Shown here: piece by piece, positions 62,630 to 64,000 of the stretch
Layout: each line of letters opens with the position of its first letter
Position numbering within the stretch: the first letter of the stretch is position 1
NCBI GenBank assembly: GCA_950097015.1
Contig: CATNEN010000037.1
Coordinates: 496,001 to 560,000, forward strand
Direction: 5' to 3'
Source: Macrostomum hystrix
Lineage: Eukaryota > Animalia > Platyhelminthes
Length of the DNA stretch: 64,000 nt
Notes under the pieces: generated by a model
What the model was told of the DNA's origin: nothing
Databases searched by the model: none
Seen by the model: only the letters and a program-made list of their open reading frames with translations
Program-made: the position numbers and the translations under genes

Positions 62630-64000
62630 CAACCATACAGGATCAGAGAGGACAGCCATACAGGATCAGAGAGGAAAACCATACAGGATCAGAGAGGACA
62701 ACCATACAGGATCAGAGAGGACAACCATACAGGATCAGAGAGGACAACCATACAGGATCAGAGAGGACAACCACACAGGATCAGAGAGGACAACCATACA
62801 GGATCAGAGAGGACAACCATACAGGATCAGAGAGGACAACCACACAGGATCAGAGAGGACAACCACACAGGATCAGATAGGACAACCATACAGGATCAGA
62901 GAGGACAACCATACAGGATCAGAGAGGACAACCACACAGGATCAGAGAGGACAACCACACAGGATCAGAGAGGACAACCATACAGGATCAGAGAGGACAA
63001 CCACACAGGATCAGAGAGGACAACCATACTGGATCAGAGAGGACAACCATACAGGATCAGAGAGGACAACCATACAGGATCAGAGAGGACAACCATACAG
63101 GATCCGAGAGGACAACCATACAGGATCAGAGAGGACAACCACACAGGATCAGAGAGGACAACCATACAGGATCAGAGAGGACAACCATACAGGATCAGAG
63201 AGGACAACCACACAGGATCAGAGAGGACAACCACACAGGATCAGAGAGGACAACCACACAGGATCAGAGAGGACAACCATACAGGATCAGAGAGGACAAC
63301 CACACAGGATCAGAGAGGACAACCACACAGGATCAGAGAGGACAACCATACAGGATCAGAGAGGACAACCACACAGGATCAGAGAGGACAACCATACTGG
63401 ATCAGAGAGGACAACCATACAGGATCAGAGAGGACAACCATACAGGATCAGAGAGGACAACCATACAGGATCCGAGAGGACAACCATACAGGATCAGAGA
63501 GGACAACCACACAGGATCAGAGAGGACAACCATACAGGATCAGAGAGGACAACCATACAGGATCAGAGAGGACAACCACACAGGATCAGAGAGGACAACC
63601 ACACAGGATCAGAGAGGACAACCACACAGGATCAGAGAGGACAACCATACAGGATCAGAGAGGACAACCATACAGGATCAGAGAGGACAACCATACAGGA
63701 TCAGAGAGGACAACCACACAGGATCAGAGAGGACAACCACACAGGATCAGAGAGGACAACCATACAGGATCAGAGAGGACAACCATACAGGATCAGAGAG
63801 GACAACCATACAGGATCAGAGAGGACAACCATACAGGATCAGAGAGGACAACCATACAGGATCAGAGAGGACAACCACACAGGATCAGAGAGGACAACCA
63901 TACAGGATCAGAGAGGACAACCATACAGGATCAGAGAGGACAACCACACAGGATCAGAGAGGACAACCACACAGGATCAGAGAGGACAACCATACAGGAT
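62630..64000. repeat. 23-bp minisatellite (aggatcagagaggacaaccatac) running off the window end
   Basis: Direct periodicity. Confidence 0.97.

Overview
Eukaryotic (animal) genomic DNA. It has GC-rich spliced exons, and nearly every large intron is filled by its own minisatellite. That style resembles a Macrostomum-like free-living flatworm, but this is inference and the species cannot be identified from the sequence. Genes rebuilt by hand from splice phases: RPL26 (-, 2 coding exons), USO1/p115 (-, 7 exons), an SLC49A4/DIRC2-like MFS transporter (+), an intronless Cys/Pro- plus Gly-rich orphan ORF (+), SMC3 (+, 13 exons), POC5 (+, 5 exons) and the last two exons of a GRK2/3-type kinase (-). 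Mobile DNA: an intact DD34D mariner with ~200-bp TIRs in the RPL26 intron, two GG-ended MITEs with 8-bp TSDs, a Merlin transposase relic and two tRNA-derived SINE families. Most long ORFs in the track are minisatellite artefacts. Best leads: (1) an acceptor-like site in front of the transposase is in frame with the RPL26 donor, a possible exon-trap fusion; (2) the transporter's conserved N-terminus has no ATG after its acceptor, and four other genes have an ATG 14-30 nt after an acceptor-like site, suggesting spliced-leader trans-splicing; (3) an inverted copy of the SMC3 5' end carries TA-GGC(C)..TA micro-insertions with almost no substitutions; (4) many intronic arrays are built from splice-site look-alikes.
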